From: Naegleria gruberi
Lineage: Eukaryota
DNA: 64,000 nucleotides
Reading direction: 5' to 3' (one strand)
NCBI GenBank assembly: GCA_000004985.1
Contig: GG738916.1
A program made the translations under genes and the position numbers. How positions within the stretch are numbered: position 1 is the first letter of the stretch; each line of letters begins with the position of its first letter. Below the pieces are notes generated by a model. That model had not been told where the DNA came from and ran no database searches. It worked only from the letters and a program-made list of their open reading frames with translations. Shown piece by piece: positions 21,568-32,737 of this stretch.

Positions 21568-23320
21568 ATGCTTTCTTTTTTACGCAAGGCTTTGACACAC
21601 AACAATAACAATAATAATAACAATAAGAATAACAATACTGATAACAATAATAATAATAATAGTGATAACAATCATTTTATTCCTAATGATATTTTAATAA
21701 TAATATTTCAATTTCTTAATCAACAAGATTATATAAAAATATCATTTGTTTGTAGATATTGGAGATTTGTTGTTCAACAACCATTCCGAAAGGAATTTAC
21801 AAATTTTATTTTAAACTCTTCATATTCAATAGTTTATTGTACATTTATTATTAATGCATTTGAGTTTTTTAAATTCTTTTCTTCCATAACATTATAACAC
21901 TGTACCTGAATCAACATTTAAAACTCTGCTTTCTTCAATGAAATTACAAAGTTTATTTATTGATTCTTGTGTTGTTAAAAATAATATACCATTCAATTCT
22001 GTAAAACAATCTAATATAACTGAATTAGGATTAAATTGTAAAATGAAAAAGAAAGATTTACGTGCTTTATTTATTGTAATTCCAAATTTGAAACATTTAA
22101 GTTTAGGAATGGTAGTAACCGAATGTTTAATTAACACAGAATCATTTCTGAGTACACATTGTCATAAATTAGAAACACTCCATTTACAATTATTACCTGA
22201 AAATCAAAAAAAAATTGTAAAATTATTACATGGAATATTTAATCCATCAACAACAATATCCAATCTCATTGATATTAGAATATTTGTAACAGATAATAAT
22301 CCAACAAGTAATAGAAAATTAAATAATTTTACATTTAATTTTAATTCATTTCCAAATTTAAAATATTTATTTCTTGATATTACCTATATTTATACATTAG
22401 AATCAATTAGTAATGTATTAAATTCAAATAATATTTCAAAATTACAAGAATTTGGATTTGGAACTATTAGAAAAGCTATTGAAAAATTACAATTTAATTC
22501 GAGTGAAAATTTACAAAATTTAAAAAAATTATTTTTAAATAGAACAGAAATGATGACAAATATTGATAATCTTCCTTCATTAGAATTATTATATATAGAT
22601 GAATATGCAAAAAAACATTATTCCGCTACAAAATATTCAAAACCATGGAATTTAGCATCTAATGTGAAAATGCCATCTCTAAAATATTTACATTTAAATC
22701 TTTTTAATGAAACTCATTTACCTGATCGATTAAATGTGGAACCATTTAAAAATATTAAATATTTTTATTTTGAATCTGAATATAATATTGATTTATCAGA
22801 ATTGAGTAAATTAAATTTAGAAATATTAATTCTTAAAATTTCTGAAGAATATAATAAGAATATACTTCATCACATTTCTAAAATATCAACATTGAGAGAT
22901 TTAACATTTAGTAATCCTATTAGTGAAATTGATTTGAAATTACTTTGTAAATTACCAAATTTAGAATATCTGAATATTAGATTGGAATTTTATAGTGAAA
23001 CATCTTTTACTTTTAATTCACTAACTACACTCTCAATTCATTCAAAAAATTTGAAAGGATTAAATTTCTTTCAAATATCAAATTTACCAAAATTTAAAAC
23101 TTTACTAATTCGTAATCCTTATGATAATAACTATACATGGTGGTTGCAACCATTATTTCCAAATTTACAAATAATTAAAGCAAGTACTGACAGTTTTGGA
23201 ATATTTTTAACATCTCAATATAATGATGATATGAATTTTGGTGAGTATGAAGTTTCACAAAGAGCAGCAAATCATTTCCAAAATGAAAACGTATGGCTCT
23301 TTCCAAAAAAATTTATTTAA
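21568..23320 (+). pseudogene. F-box/LRR protein, paralog A of the 27373..29145 gene, disrupted by an 8-bp indel (frameshift) at about 21885-21890.
   Basis: About 95% nucleotide identity to 27373..29145 over gene plus about 150 bp of 3' flank. Paralog B reads cttccataacattatttttccataatactgtacc where A reads cttccataacattataacactgtacc. This splits A into ORFs 21568..21897 (F-box part, IPNDILIIIFQFLNQQDYIKISFVCRYWRFVV) and 21938..23320 (LRR part). Confidence 0.6.
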
Positions 23321-24031
23321 TATTAAAGCTCTGTATCAGAGGTTTCTCCTTGGTCACAGTTGATTTTTTAGAAGGATCTCCTTCAGCCAATATCTTTGGT
23401 TTCAAATGGTGAATTCAAGCAAGCCAATGCTGAGAAGGCCAAAGTTGACAATGATTATGTTTGTAAACATTTCAAATCCTATTTTTCAAAAAATTCAAAT
23501 AAAAAGTTGGTACATCATCATAGTTGTTATTTATCATCATTATAAAAGCCTCTTGGATGGTTCAAGAGATGCTGAATTCAAATGTTATAGAGATTGAACA
23601 GAATATTGTTGTACATTATATTTATTGTACCCAAGAAGGAACTTTTGGAATAAAGGACAGTTCCTTCAAGTTTACCAATTCAAATGCCTTTCATTTGGAA
23701 TAAGCCAAGCTCCCAGGAACTCACCAAGATTATGAAAAAACTGGTAACCAAGTGGAGACAACAAGGTATTATTTTGTTCCTAAAATTCAGAAAGAAAAGG
23801 GTGTCTTTACTCCCTGACTCAAACTGAAGCAATTTAGACTTCAAACGTAATATTTCCATCATTTGCAAGCCTAAGAACTGAAAAAGGATAAGGAATTGCT
23901 TTAGTGTTGAGAAATGAAGGAGAATTTTGTGAAGAATTAAGACAGGCCAAAATTAAATCCTTACAAGTCTGATTTCTAACTTGGAAAATTTATTTATTTA
24001 TTGATTGGCCCATGGTTTTACCTCATTTCCA

Positions 24032-26504
24032 TTATTTTCTGTTTACTCTCAACCAATAATCGATAATAACTTTCAAGAAATTATTGCATGGTATATTTTC
24101 TTGACAAGATAATTGGATTTTTTGTAAATAATCAAGAGTTAAATTATTTGAGCAAAATATCTTGAAATACTCAACTAGCTCTCTACAATCATTATTATTT
24201 TGTGAAACTGAAGCTAAATTTAGTAATATAATAAATTCAGTATCATTAATGGAATATAATTTTTCAACAATCAAGATACAGACATGTTTAACAATCCATG
24301 TAATATCCAATTGTTGTGCAATGATTAAAATACCAACCAAATCATTCAATTTAAGGTAATTGAACTCATATCCATAACATAATTTACATATGATTTGTAA
24401 TATTGTATTAATTTTAGCTGAATTATTGAACAAATCAATAATCCAATGATCTGATACCATCATTTCAATGAATTCATACAAGTCAACCACATTATTTTCA
24501 TTATTTTTAAATAGAATATTTAAAACTGAACTATGAACGGATAGAATTGATTTATGTAATTGCAATAATTCATTTTTATCCTTATTAATAATTACATGAA
24601 TATCACTATTACTTTCATCATTATATAATAATTTTAATGATTCAGTTACATTTTTGGCAATATTTTCAAGATTATCAATTTTATAATTAATTTGTTTAAA
24701 TGGTTGTTTAACATTATTAATTTTATCTTGAATAATTTCGAATAATGGATCTGATTTCAATAAAGTTGCATTTTCTTTAATAAATGCAAGACACTTATTT
24801 GCCAACAATAGCAAAATACTATTTTTAGCTTGTTTTAAAATATTTAAAGAAAGATAATTATTAACTATTCGTAAAATCCTCATAATGTTATCTACATTCA
24901 TTCTATTTGAAATGTCATTAAATAACAATAATTTAATTTCATGCTTGATATCATTAATATCATTTAATATAAATAGACAAGTTACTAAATTTAATTCTAA
25001 TTCTCCAAATGAAATGAAATTAATAAATTTATCATAATTACTAAATAAATCATCTATATTTAAACAATTTAAATCAATAATTGCGTTTTTAATTAAATAA
25101 TATAAAACTTTTTGGTCATTCTCATTTAAATGTTCAATTATATCATTTTTAATTAAATTATAAAAATCATTTGAAATATTTTTTAATAAATTTAAATCTA
25201 AATAAAAATTAGAATTAATTTCATAATTGAACTTAAAATTATCAGTTACCATAATATCATTAATCTTGAGACTATTCTCATTATCTGTTTCATGAATAAA
25301 AATAGTAAAATTTTTACCACAACAAATTTGAATTTCATCACCTTCCTTAATAGTAAATGGTAATTCAATTAATTTTAGTTCATTGGCTGATTTATTAGCA
25401 TATCCTAATTCGCCAAATTCATTAGATCCAAATGAATAGAACTTTTGGTCTACTGTTTGCAAAACACTGTGGAAGGTACCACTTTCCATATTAATAATAT
25501 TATCCATATTTGCTTGTTTAGAATTATAGTCAATATATTTGCATTCATTATTATATAACGATAAAATTTGATATTCATTCAATATTAATTGATCATAATT
25601 TTTCTCAAATTTAAACTCATTATAATTATTATGTAATTTAATTACTTTTTTAGGATTGTAATAATCTGCCAAGCCATAATCAATTAAAGTATAATCTAGA
25701 ATTTACAATAGAAGAATCATTAAAAATAATGAAACTAGTTCTTCCATTACATTTAATATCCTTAATATCTTCAATATTCTTATTAACTAATTTGGTAACA
25801 TTCATAAAATTATTTAAGGTAAAATAATCTTCAACATGTAATTTACCATTTACAATACTTTCAATTACAAATGGTTGGAATGATTGTGAATATTCATTCA
25901 TTCCACAAACATACAATTCATTTTCAAATGTTGTGAAAAATGTCAAATGAAATGTTACAAATATTTTGTTTACTTTTAACTTTTCTAAATTTGTATTTTG
26001 TAATAAATTAACGGCTACATCATTTGATTTTTTAGCAATGATAGCCAATTGTCCATGTTCATTATTACCAATACCAAATATGGAATTTAATTTAGATAAA
26101 AATACAACATGTTCTTTACCAATCGCAAAATCAATAATTTTGTCACTAGTATTTAAATTATTAAATTTAATCAATGTAGGAATATTAGAAATATTATTAA
26201 TAAATGAACAATTTCCCATTTTGTAAACATATCCCTTACGCGTAAGAAATATGCACAATTGATCTTGACTTTTAAATTTAATAATCTTATCATTAATTAA
26301 ATAATTTTGTAAATAATCAATTTTATCAAAACATGTATCATTTAATTTTGTAACAGTAATAATATCACTTTGTTTCTTCCAGAATCCATCTCCGCATCCG
26401 TAAACAAATTGTGATTTAGAAGAATTAATACCGAAAGCAGTGTTATTAGGTTCTGTTTCGTCGTCCACTACTTGATCAACATGGTGAATGGTGAATTGAT
26501 TCAT
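24032..26504 (-). CDS. RCC1-repeat and BTB-like domain protein (RCBTB-like), present as two ORFs in different frames.
   Basis: ORF 26504..25680 (true ATG at 26504) and ORF 25672..24032 (track start is a TTG). RCC1-like blades (GIGNNEHGQLAI, YSFGSNEFGELGY). A BTB-like segment (LQLHKSILSVHSSVLNILFKNNENNVVDLYEFIEMM). Very Asn/Ile-rich. The junction at 25672..25682 needs a -1/+1 shift or a non-canonical short intron. Confidence 0.5.
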
Positions 26505-27372
26505 TTTTTTTTATAGAGTGGTCTCTCGGTTGTTATTGATACAAGAGACATTAATAAACTTGTACACCTTTTATTTTGTTATAGATTGTTACAACAAATA
26601 TTGTGCTTACTCAGCATTGCATTCATTGGTTTTGTCTAGCTAGATCGGCGGAAATGAAATCTCATTCGTGTGATTGATGTGAGAGATGTTACGCGCCAAA
26701 ATTTCTACACCAAAAAATAAGCAAAGCCACTTTTTCGAACTCTTATTTGAAAATCCATTAAGGAAATTAAACTCTCAGTACTTTCAAGAAATACCTCTAC
26801 TCATCATCATTGGTATTTAATTCAATCAACATAAATCAGCATCAATTTGGAATATTTCAATTAGAGTAGCTGGGATACATCTCACCAAAAGTAATAAGAG
26901 CAATATTGTGTGATGGTGTTTCTTCTTGGAATGAAGAAAGTTGCCAACCTCGGAAATATCAAACATTATCATTAAGCTGTAATTCAACATCACATTATAT
27001 TTATTTTTATATTAATAGTAATACTTGTTCATTAGGAATTTCTTCAACTAATTAATATATTTTCATCATGAATTCCAAAAACATTGTATGATTATTAGGG
27101 ATGTCTAATCTAATATCACCATCAAGAGAGTTGGATTATTTGTATTCATCGAGTTGTGGAATTTTACTTCATCATACCTTATCATCAGCAAGCTCACTTC
27201 AGATCATTAAGGTAAATATCTTAATGGTCATCATCAACCAGTTGCAGATTAAAACTGTGATTTAATGTCTCAATTAAGTTGATTGCTATGTTTGGAAAAT
27301 ACACGAACGATTCAATATTTCAATTTTTAAAAAGGAAGGAAGATTCTTCATGACTTTCAAAAAATTAAAAAA

Positions 27373-29145
27373 ATGCTTTCTTTTTTGCACAAGGCTTTGA
27401 CACACAACAATAACAAGAATAACAATAATAATACTAATAATACTAATAACAATACTGATAACAATAATAATAGTGATAACAATAATTTTATTCCCAATGA
27501 TATTTTAATAATAATATTTCAATTTCTCAATCAACAAGATTATATAAAAATATCATTTGTTTGTAGATATTGGAGATTTGTTGTTCAACAACCATTCCGA
27601 AAGGAATTTACAAATTATATTTTAAACTCTTCATATTCAATAGTTTATTGTACATTTATTATTAATGCATTTGAGTTTTTTAAATTCTTTTCTTCCATAA
27701 CATTATTTTTCCATAATACTGTACCTGAATCAACATTTAAAGCTCTACTTTCTTCAATGAAATTACAAAGTTTATTTATTGATTCTTGTGTTGCTAAAAA
27801 TAATATACCATTCAATTCTATAAAACAATCTAATATAACTGAATTAGGATTAAATTGTAAAATGAAAAAGAAAGATTTACGTGCTTTATTTATTGCACTT
27901 CCAAATTTGAAACATTTAAGTTTAGGAACGGTAGTAACAGAATGTTTAATTAGCACGGAATTATTTCTGAGTACACATTGTCATAAATTAGAAACACTCC
28001 ATTTACAATTATTACCTGAAAATCAAAAAAAAATTGTAAAATTATTAAATGGAATATTTAATCCATCAACAACAACAATATCCAATCTCATTGATATTAG
28101 AATATTTGTAAAAGAATATTATACAACAAGTAATAGAAAATTACATAATTTTACATTTAATTTTAATTCATTTCCAAATTTAAAATATTTATTTCTTGAT
28201 ATTACCTATATTTATACATTAGAATCAATTAGCAATGTATTAAATTCAAATAATATTTCAAAATTACAAGAATTTGGATTTGGAACTATTAGAAAAGCTA
28301 TTGAAAAATTACAATTTAATTCGAGTGAAAATTTACAAAATTTAAAAAAATTATTTTTAAATAGAACAGAAATGATGACAAATATTGATAATCTTCCTTC
28401 ATTAGAATTATTATATATAGATGAATATGCAAAAAAACATTATTCCGCTACAAAATATTCAAAACCATGGAATTTAGCATCTAATGTGAAAATGCCATCT
28501 CTAAAATATTTACATTTAAATCTTTTTAATGAAACTCATTTACCTGATCGATTAAATGTGGAATCATTTAAAAATATTAAATATTTTTATTTTGAATCAG
28601 AATATAATATTGATTTATCAGAATTGAGTAAATTAAATTTAGAAATATTAATTCTTAACATTTCTTTAAAATATAATAAGAATATATTTCATCACATTTC
28701 TAAAATATCAACATTGAGAGATTTAACATTTAGTAATCCTATTAGTGAAATTGATTTGAAATTACTTTGTAAATTACCAAATTTAGAATATCTTTATATT
28801 ACATTGGAATTTTATAGTGAAACATTTTTTACTTTTAATTCACTAACTACACTTTCAATTCATTCAGATAATTTGAAAGAATTAAATTTCTTTCAAATAT
28901 CAAATTTACCAAAATTGAAAACTTTACTAATTCGTAATCCTTTTGATAATAACCATACATGGTGGTTGCAACAATTGTTTCCAAATTTACAAATAATTAA
29001 TGCAAGTACTAACAGTATAGGAATATTTTCAACATCATCTCAATATAATGATGGTATGAATTTTGGTGAGTATGAAGTTTCACAAAGAGCAGCAAATTAT
29101 TTACAAAATGAATATGTATGGCTCTTTCCAAAAAAATTTATTTAA
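27373..29145 (+). CDS. F-box/LRR-repeat protein (intact paralog B).
   Basis: 590-aa uninterrupted ORF. Poly-Asn N-terminus, F-box (IPNDILIIIFQFLNQQDYIKISFVCRYWRFVV), then LRRs (LPNLKHLSLGTVVTECL…LPNLEYLYITLEF…). Confidence 0.75.
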   Translation: MLSFLHKALTHNNNKNNNNNTNNTNNNTDNNNNSDNNNFIPNDILIIIFQFLNQQDYIKISFVCRYWRFVVQQPFRKEFTNYILNSSYSIVYCTFIINAFEFFKFFSSITLFFHNTVPESTFKALLSSMKLQSLFIDSCVAKNNIPFNSIKQSNITELGLNCKMKKKDLRALFIALPNLKHLSLGTVVTECLISTELFLSTHCHKLETLHLQLLPENQKKIVKLLNGIFNPSTTTISNLIDIRIFVKEYYTTSNRKLHNFTFNFNSFPNLKYLFLDITYIYTLESISNVLNSNNISKLQEFGFGTIRKAIEKLQFNSSENLQNLKKLFLNRTEMMTNIDNLPSLELLYIDEYAKKHYSATKYSKPWNLASNVKMPSLKYLHLNLFNETHLPDRLNVESFKNIKYFYFESEYNIDLSELSKLNLEILILNISLKYNKNIFHHISKISTLRDLTFSNPISEIDLKLLCKLPNLEYLYITLEFYSETFFTFNSLTTLSIHSDNLKELNFFQISNLPKLKTLLIRNPFDNNHTWWLQQLFPNLQIINASTNSIGIFSTSSQYNDGMNFGEYEVSQRAANYLQNEYVWLFPKKFI

Positions 29146-29282
29146 CATTAAAGCTCTGTATCAGAAGTTTCTCCTTGGTCAAATCTGAATAGTGAATTCA
29201 AGTAAGGCCAAAGTTGACAATGTTCAATGAATAATGTTTGTAAACATTTCAAATCCTATTTTCAAAAAATTCAAATAAAAAA

Positions 29283-30829
29283 ATGTCAAGATTAACTTTT
29301 CCGTTACTTCTTGCTACATTGATAATCGCTTTCGTTTTGGTGTCATCAGCATCATTATCGGATCGGGTTAATGCCTTGACTCCACTCATAAAAACATCAA
29401 AATTATTCTCCATCAAACAACAGAATAATAACAAGCAATTATTTATTACTGCTACAATTTATCCTAATTTTAAAATTGTTCATGGAGTGAAGGATTTAAA
29501 ATTTGGTTTGGCTACTATTGAATATAATGATCAGTTACATGCACAAGGATTTGATACATTGGTTTTAGAGACGAGACAATCTACAAGTTTGGTGGAAGAC
29601 TTTGCTATTGCTCAGGGGGCTGGATATTTGGAAGGCTATTTGACAATGCAGAGAATTTACAATCATTTTGTGAATATTAATAGTGTATCGTGGTGGAATG
29701 CTAAGGAGAATAGAACTTTGGGAATGTCAAGTAATATTCGTCAATTTTTCAAAGATCAAAANACATGGATTTTACAACAAGTGAGCCAACACATGAATGG
29801 AACAACAGAAGAGGATTTATATTGGCNNNNNNNNNNNNNNNNNNNNNNNNNNNNNNNNNNNNNNNNNNNNNNNNNNACTGATATTATTTCAGTCATACCG
29901 TTGGGTGGGTATTTAGTGCCTTGACAAGAATGATGAAGACATACACTCTCAATTTTGCAAATCCACTCACAAAGTCTCGCACAGTGACATTTTCGAGTTA
30001 TCCTGGATCATTAGGCAGTAATGATGACTATTATCAAACTGATGGTGGTCTTGTTGTTATCGAGACAACCATTGGCATTTTGAATAATACTCTCTACGAT
30101 AATACTCATCCTCAATCATTGTTGAGTTGGTTTAGAGTTGTCTTGGCCAATAGAATGGCTACAAGTGGCAGAGAATGGTTTGAAGTTTTTAGTATTAATA
30201 ATGGAGGAACCTATAATAATGAGTGGATGATTCTCGATGTGAAAAAGTTTATTCCTGGTCAAGCTCAATTGACAAAGGATTTATTCTGGGTAATTGAACA
30301 AATACCTGGAACAGTGGTGGGATCAGATCAAACAAATCTTCTCTCCACTCGCGGATACTTTGCATCTTATAATGTTCCTTTCTATCCTTCCATTTATGAA
30401 AAAACTGGATATGCAGAATATGTGAAGAAATTTCCAGAGACTTATCATTATATGAGTTATGATAAGTGTGCCAGATCTGAAATATTCAGAAGAGATCAAC
30501 ATTTAGTCAAAGATCTGCCATCCATGCAACGAATTATGCAATATGATAATTATCATGATGAATTTTCATTCGGAAATCCTGACTGGGTAATCTCAGCAAG
30601 AGACGATTTAGCTCCAAATGTTCCAAATGGACAAAAGAGTTGTGGAGGTGGATATGACTGTAAAATATCATCTATTTCTAAATGGAATTTTGTATTTTTC
30701 AGAAGTGGACCAGCTCACCAATTTACACCTGTTTTCAAGTTTGAGAATCAATGTGGACCTCAATACTCACATGTTGGATTGCCTTTGGAGTGGAACTTCC
30801 CTTGGATTCAATTGGATAGCAGAGTTTAA
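29283..30829 (+). CDS. Phospholipase B-like protein (PLBD/LAMA family), interrupted by assembly gaps.
   Basis: Signal peptide MSRLTFPLLLATLIIAFVLVSSAS. PLB-like motifs ATIEYNDQLHAQGFDTLVLETRQST…AQGAGYLEGYLTMQRIYNHF. Second track ORF 29921..30829 (…WFRVVLANRMATSGREWFEVFSINNGGTYNNEWMILD…) continues the same protein. The frame break coincides with N at 29762 and the 50-N gap 29827..29876. Confidence 0.75.
29827..29876. other. Assembly gap (50 N) inside the PLB-like gene; single N also at 29762.
   Basis: Run of n. Confidence 1.
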
Positions 30830-31082
30830 TTTATACCCAAATGATTCATTTCAAGATTTCAGGATTAATGTGCATAATTGAGTGCATGACCATTTGTTGA
30901 ATTTATTCTTGAAAATATTAAAACGGATTAAAGTAAATTATGATAAATTCCTCTATTTGTAAGATACCGAATAACAACGATCCTTTTTAGTAAATTATTC
31001 AATTCAGGAAAAACAGAAATTCCCTTTAATACTGCAGATGTATGAAATGATATAGTCACCATTCAAAAAAACAAATATCAAA

Positions 31083-31322
31083 ATGCAACCTCAACAAAGC
31101 ACCACTGGCAGTACAATGCAAAATATTAAGGAGAAAGTCAAACATCCATTCACTCATGACACTGACACCAACATTACCTATCCAACCAGAGAACAAAAGA
31201 AATTAGCAGAATCTGGCACTACAGTTCCTCAATCCACCGTTGGAAGTGGTGGAATGTTAAATCAACCAACAACCACTCAATCCAATATTGGTAGAGAAGA
31301 ATACTTGGAAAAGAAATTGTAA
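31083..31322 (+). CDS. Possible small hydrophilic protein (79 aa).
   Basis: ATG in an A-rich context (caaaATGcaacct). Ser/Thr/Gln-rich, charged C-terminus. No homology recognised. Confidence 0.25.
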   Translation: MQPQQSTTGSTMQNIKEKVKHPFTHDTDTNITYPTREQKKLAESGTTVPQSTVGSGGMLNQPTTTQSNIGREEYLEKKL

Positions 31323-31382
31323 ATAAATTAAATTCCTGATTGGTTGTTAATTCGTCACCAGCAAAAAAACTTTACAAAAAAA

Positions 31383-32504
31383 ATGGCGCAAAATATCTTT
31401 GAAGTTTTGCCCAACGATTTGATCGGAGAAGTTCTCTCTCATATCAGCCATGTTGAATTACTTGTTACCTTCTCTCAAGTTTGTAAATATTGGCAGAGAA
31501 TTTGTTATGAATTAATTTGGAATTATTATGAAGAATCATTTACACATATTACGAATAATCCGAAACAAGTATTTGTTGATTTGGATCAATTTTTACATTC
31601 AAAAGAAGGAAAGAAATTTATTAGATATTTACTACGTAAACAGGTTTATGAATTTGCTTGTAAATTGGCTCAGAGTTCAACACTTTCCGATAAATCATGT
31701 AATGTGAAAGAAAAGTGGGTCGATGTGGAATTGAGTATATTGAAGGGATGTTTTAAAAGATTCTCTGATTTGGCAGAGCAACCAACGATTCCAATTCTAC
31801 AACCAAAAGTTTACAAAGATCCACCACCAACATCAGGATTGTTCAGTAGTGCTTTATCATTTATTGGATCAATGTTTTCAAAGAATTCATCAAGTAGTTC
31901 CAAAGCTACACCAATTAGTGTTGAGCCAAAACCAGAATATGATTTTCTAACAAAGGTACTTTTGGATGGCGACTATTCAAGTGGAAAGACTTCATTGCTT
32001 AATTGTGCAATGAATGAAACGCCAGTGGATCCATCAAATAATCATCATATCACAACGATTGGAATGGATTTTGCCATTAAGAATTTCCATTTTGGAGATA
32101 CCACTAAAGTCAAGCTGGTAAGTAACATTTCAAACTGACTTTGCAAACTCTAACAGCAATTGTGGGATCAATGTGGACCAGAACGTTTTCGTCAAATAAC
32201 TCTTCCATTCTATAGACATGCATCGGTTATTCTCTTACTGGTCGATCCTTCATCAACTCATGTTCTTCGATCAATGAATGAAAAAGTGGAAGTAATCAAA
32301 AATAATGCTACAAAACCAGAAGTTATTCTAATCACAACAAAGAAAGATAAGAAAGATGAAGTGAGATTAATTTCAAATGAGCAAGCTGACAAATTAGCCT
32401 ATGACAATTTTGGAACTTTACATTTGGATATTACCAATACTCAATTGGAAGAACCCAAAAATATTATTTGGTATTGTGCTTTACTCAAGTATTTACTTTC
32501 TTAA
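31383..32504 (+). CDS. F-box domain + Rab-like small GTPase domain protein with a degenerate catalytic motif. 2 exons, about 360 aa.
   Basis: Exons 31383..32117 and 32157..32504, intron 32118..32156 (GTAAGT…TAACAG, 39 nt). F-box-like LIGEVLSHISHVELLVTFSQVCKYWQRI. GTPase motifs: G1 GDYSSGKTSLL, switch-I TIGMDF, KVKL|QLWDQCGPERF spanning the splice (G3 DTAGQ replaced by DQCGP, so the catalytic Gln is Pro), and G4 TKKD instead of NKxD. Confidence 0.65.
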
Positions 32505-32737
32505 TTTTAGTACATGTACTGGAAGAATGGTCAAATCTGTCAAATCAAGTATTTTAGATTGGAATTCCATATCATAGGAACAAGTATTATTGTACATTAT
32601 TATTAAATGGTTTACCACCCGAGTTCACTCTCCCATCAAGACTCTTTTGAAAATTAAAAACAAAATTAATCAACTGACGTCATTCAATTCACATTGAGCT
32701 GGCCATGTTCCATTAAGATTGTTTTTTAATTAAAAAA

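Noticed and set aside
25672-25672. Track 'M' starts at TTG/GTG codons (for example 25672, 34711, 10878, 42189, 43743, 15980)
   Set aside because: Checked against the nucleotide sequence, these first codons are TTG or GTG. The true eukaryotic ATG starts or exon junctions were reassigned (34735, 15977, 38933 and so on).
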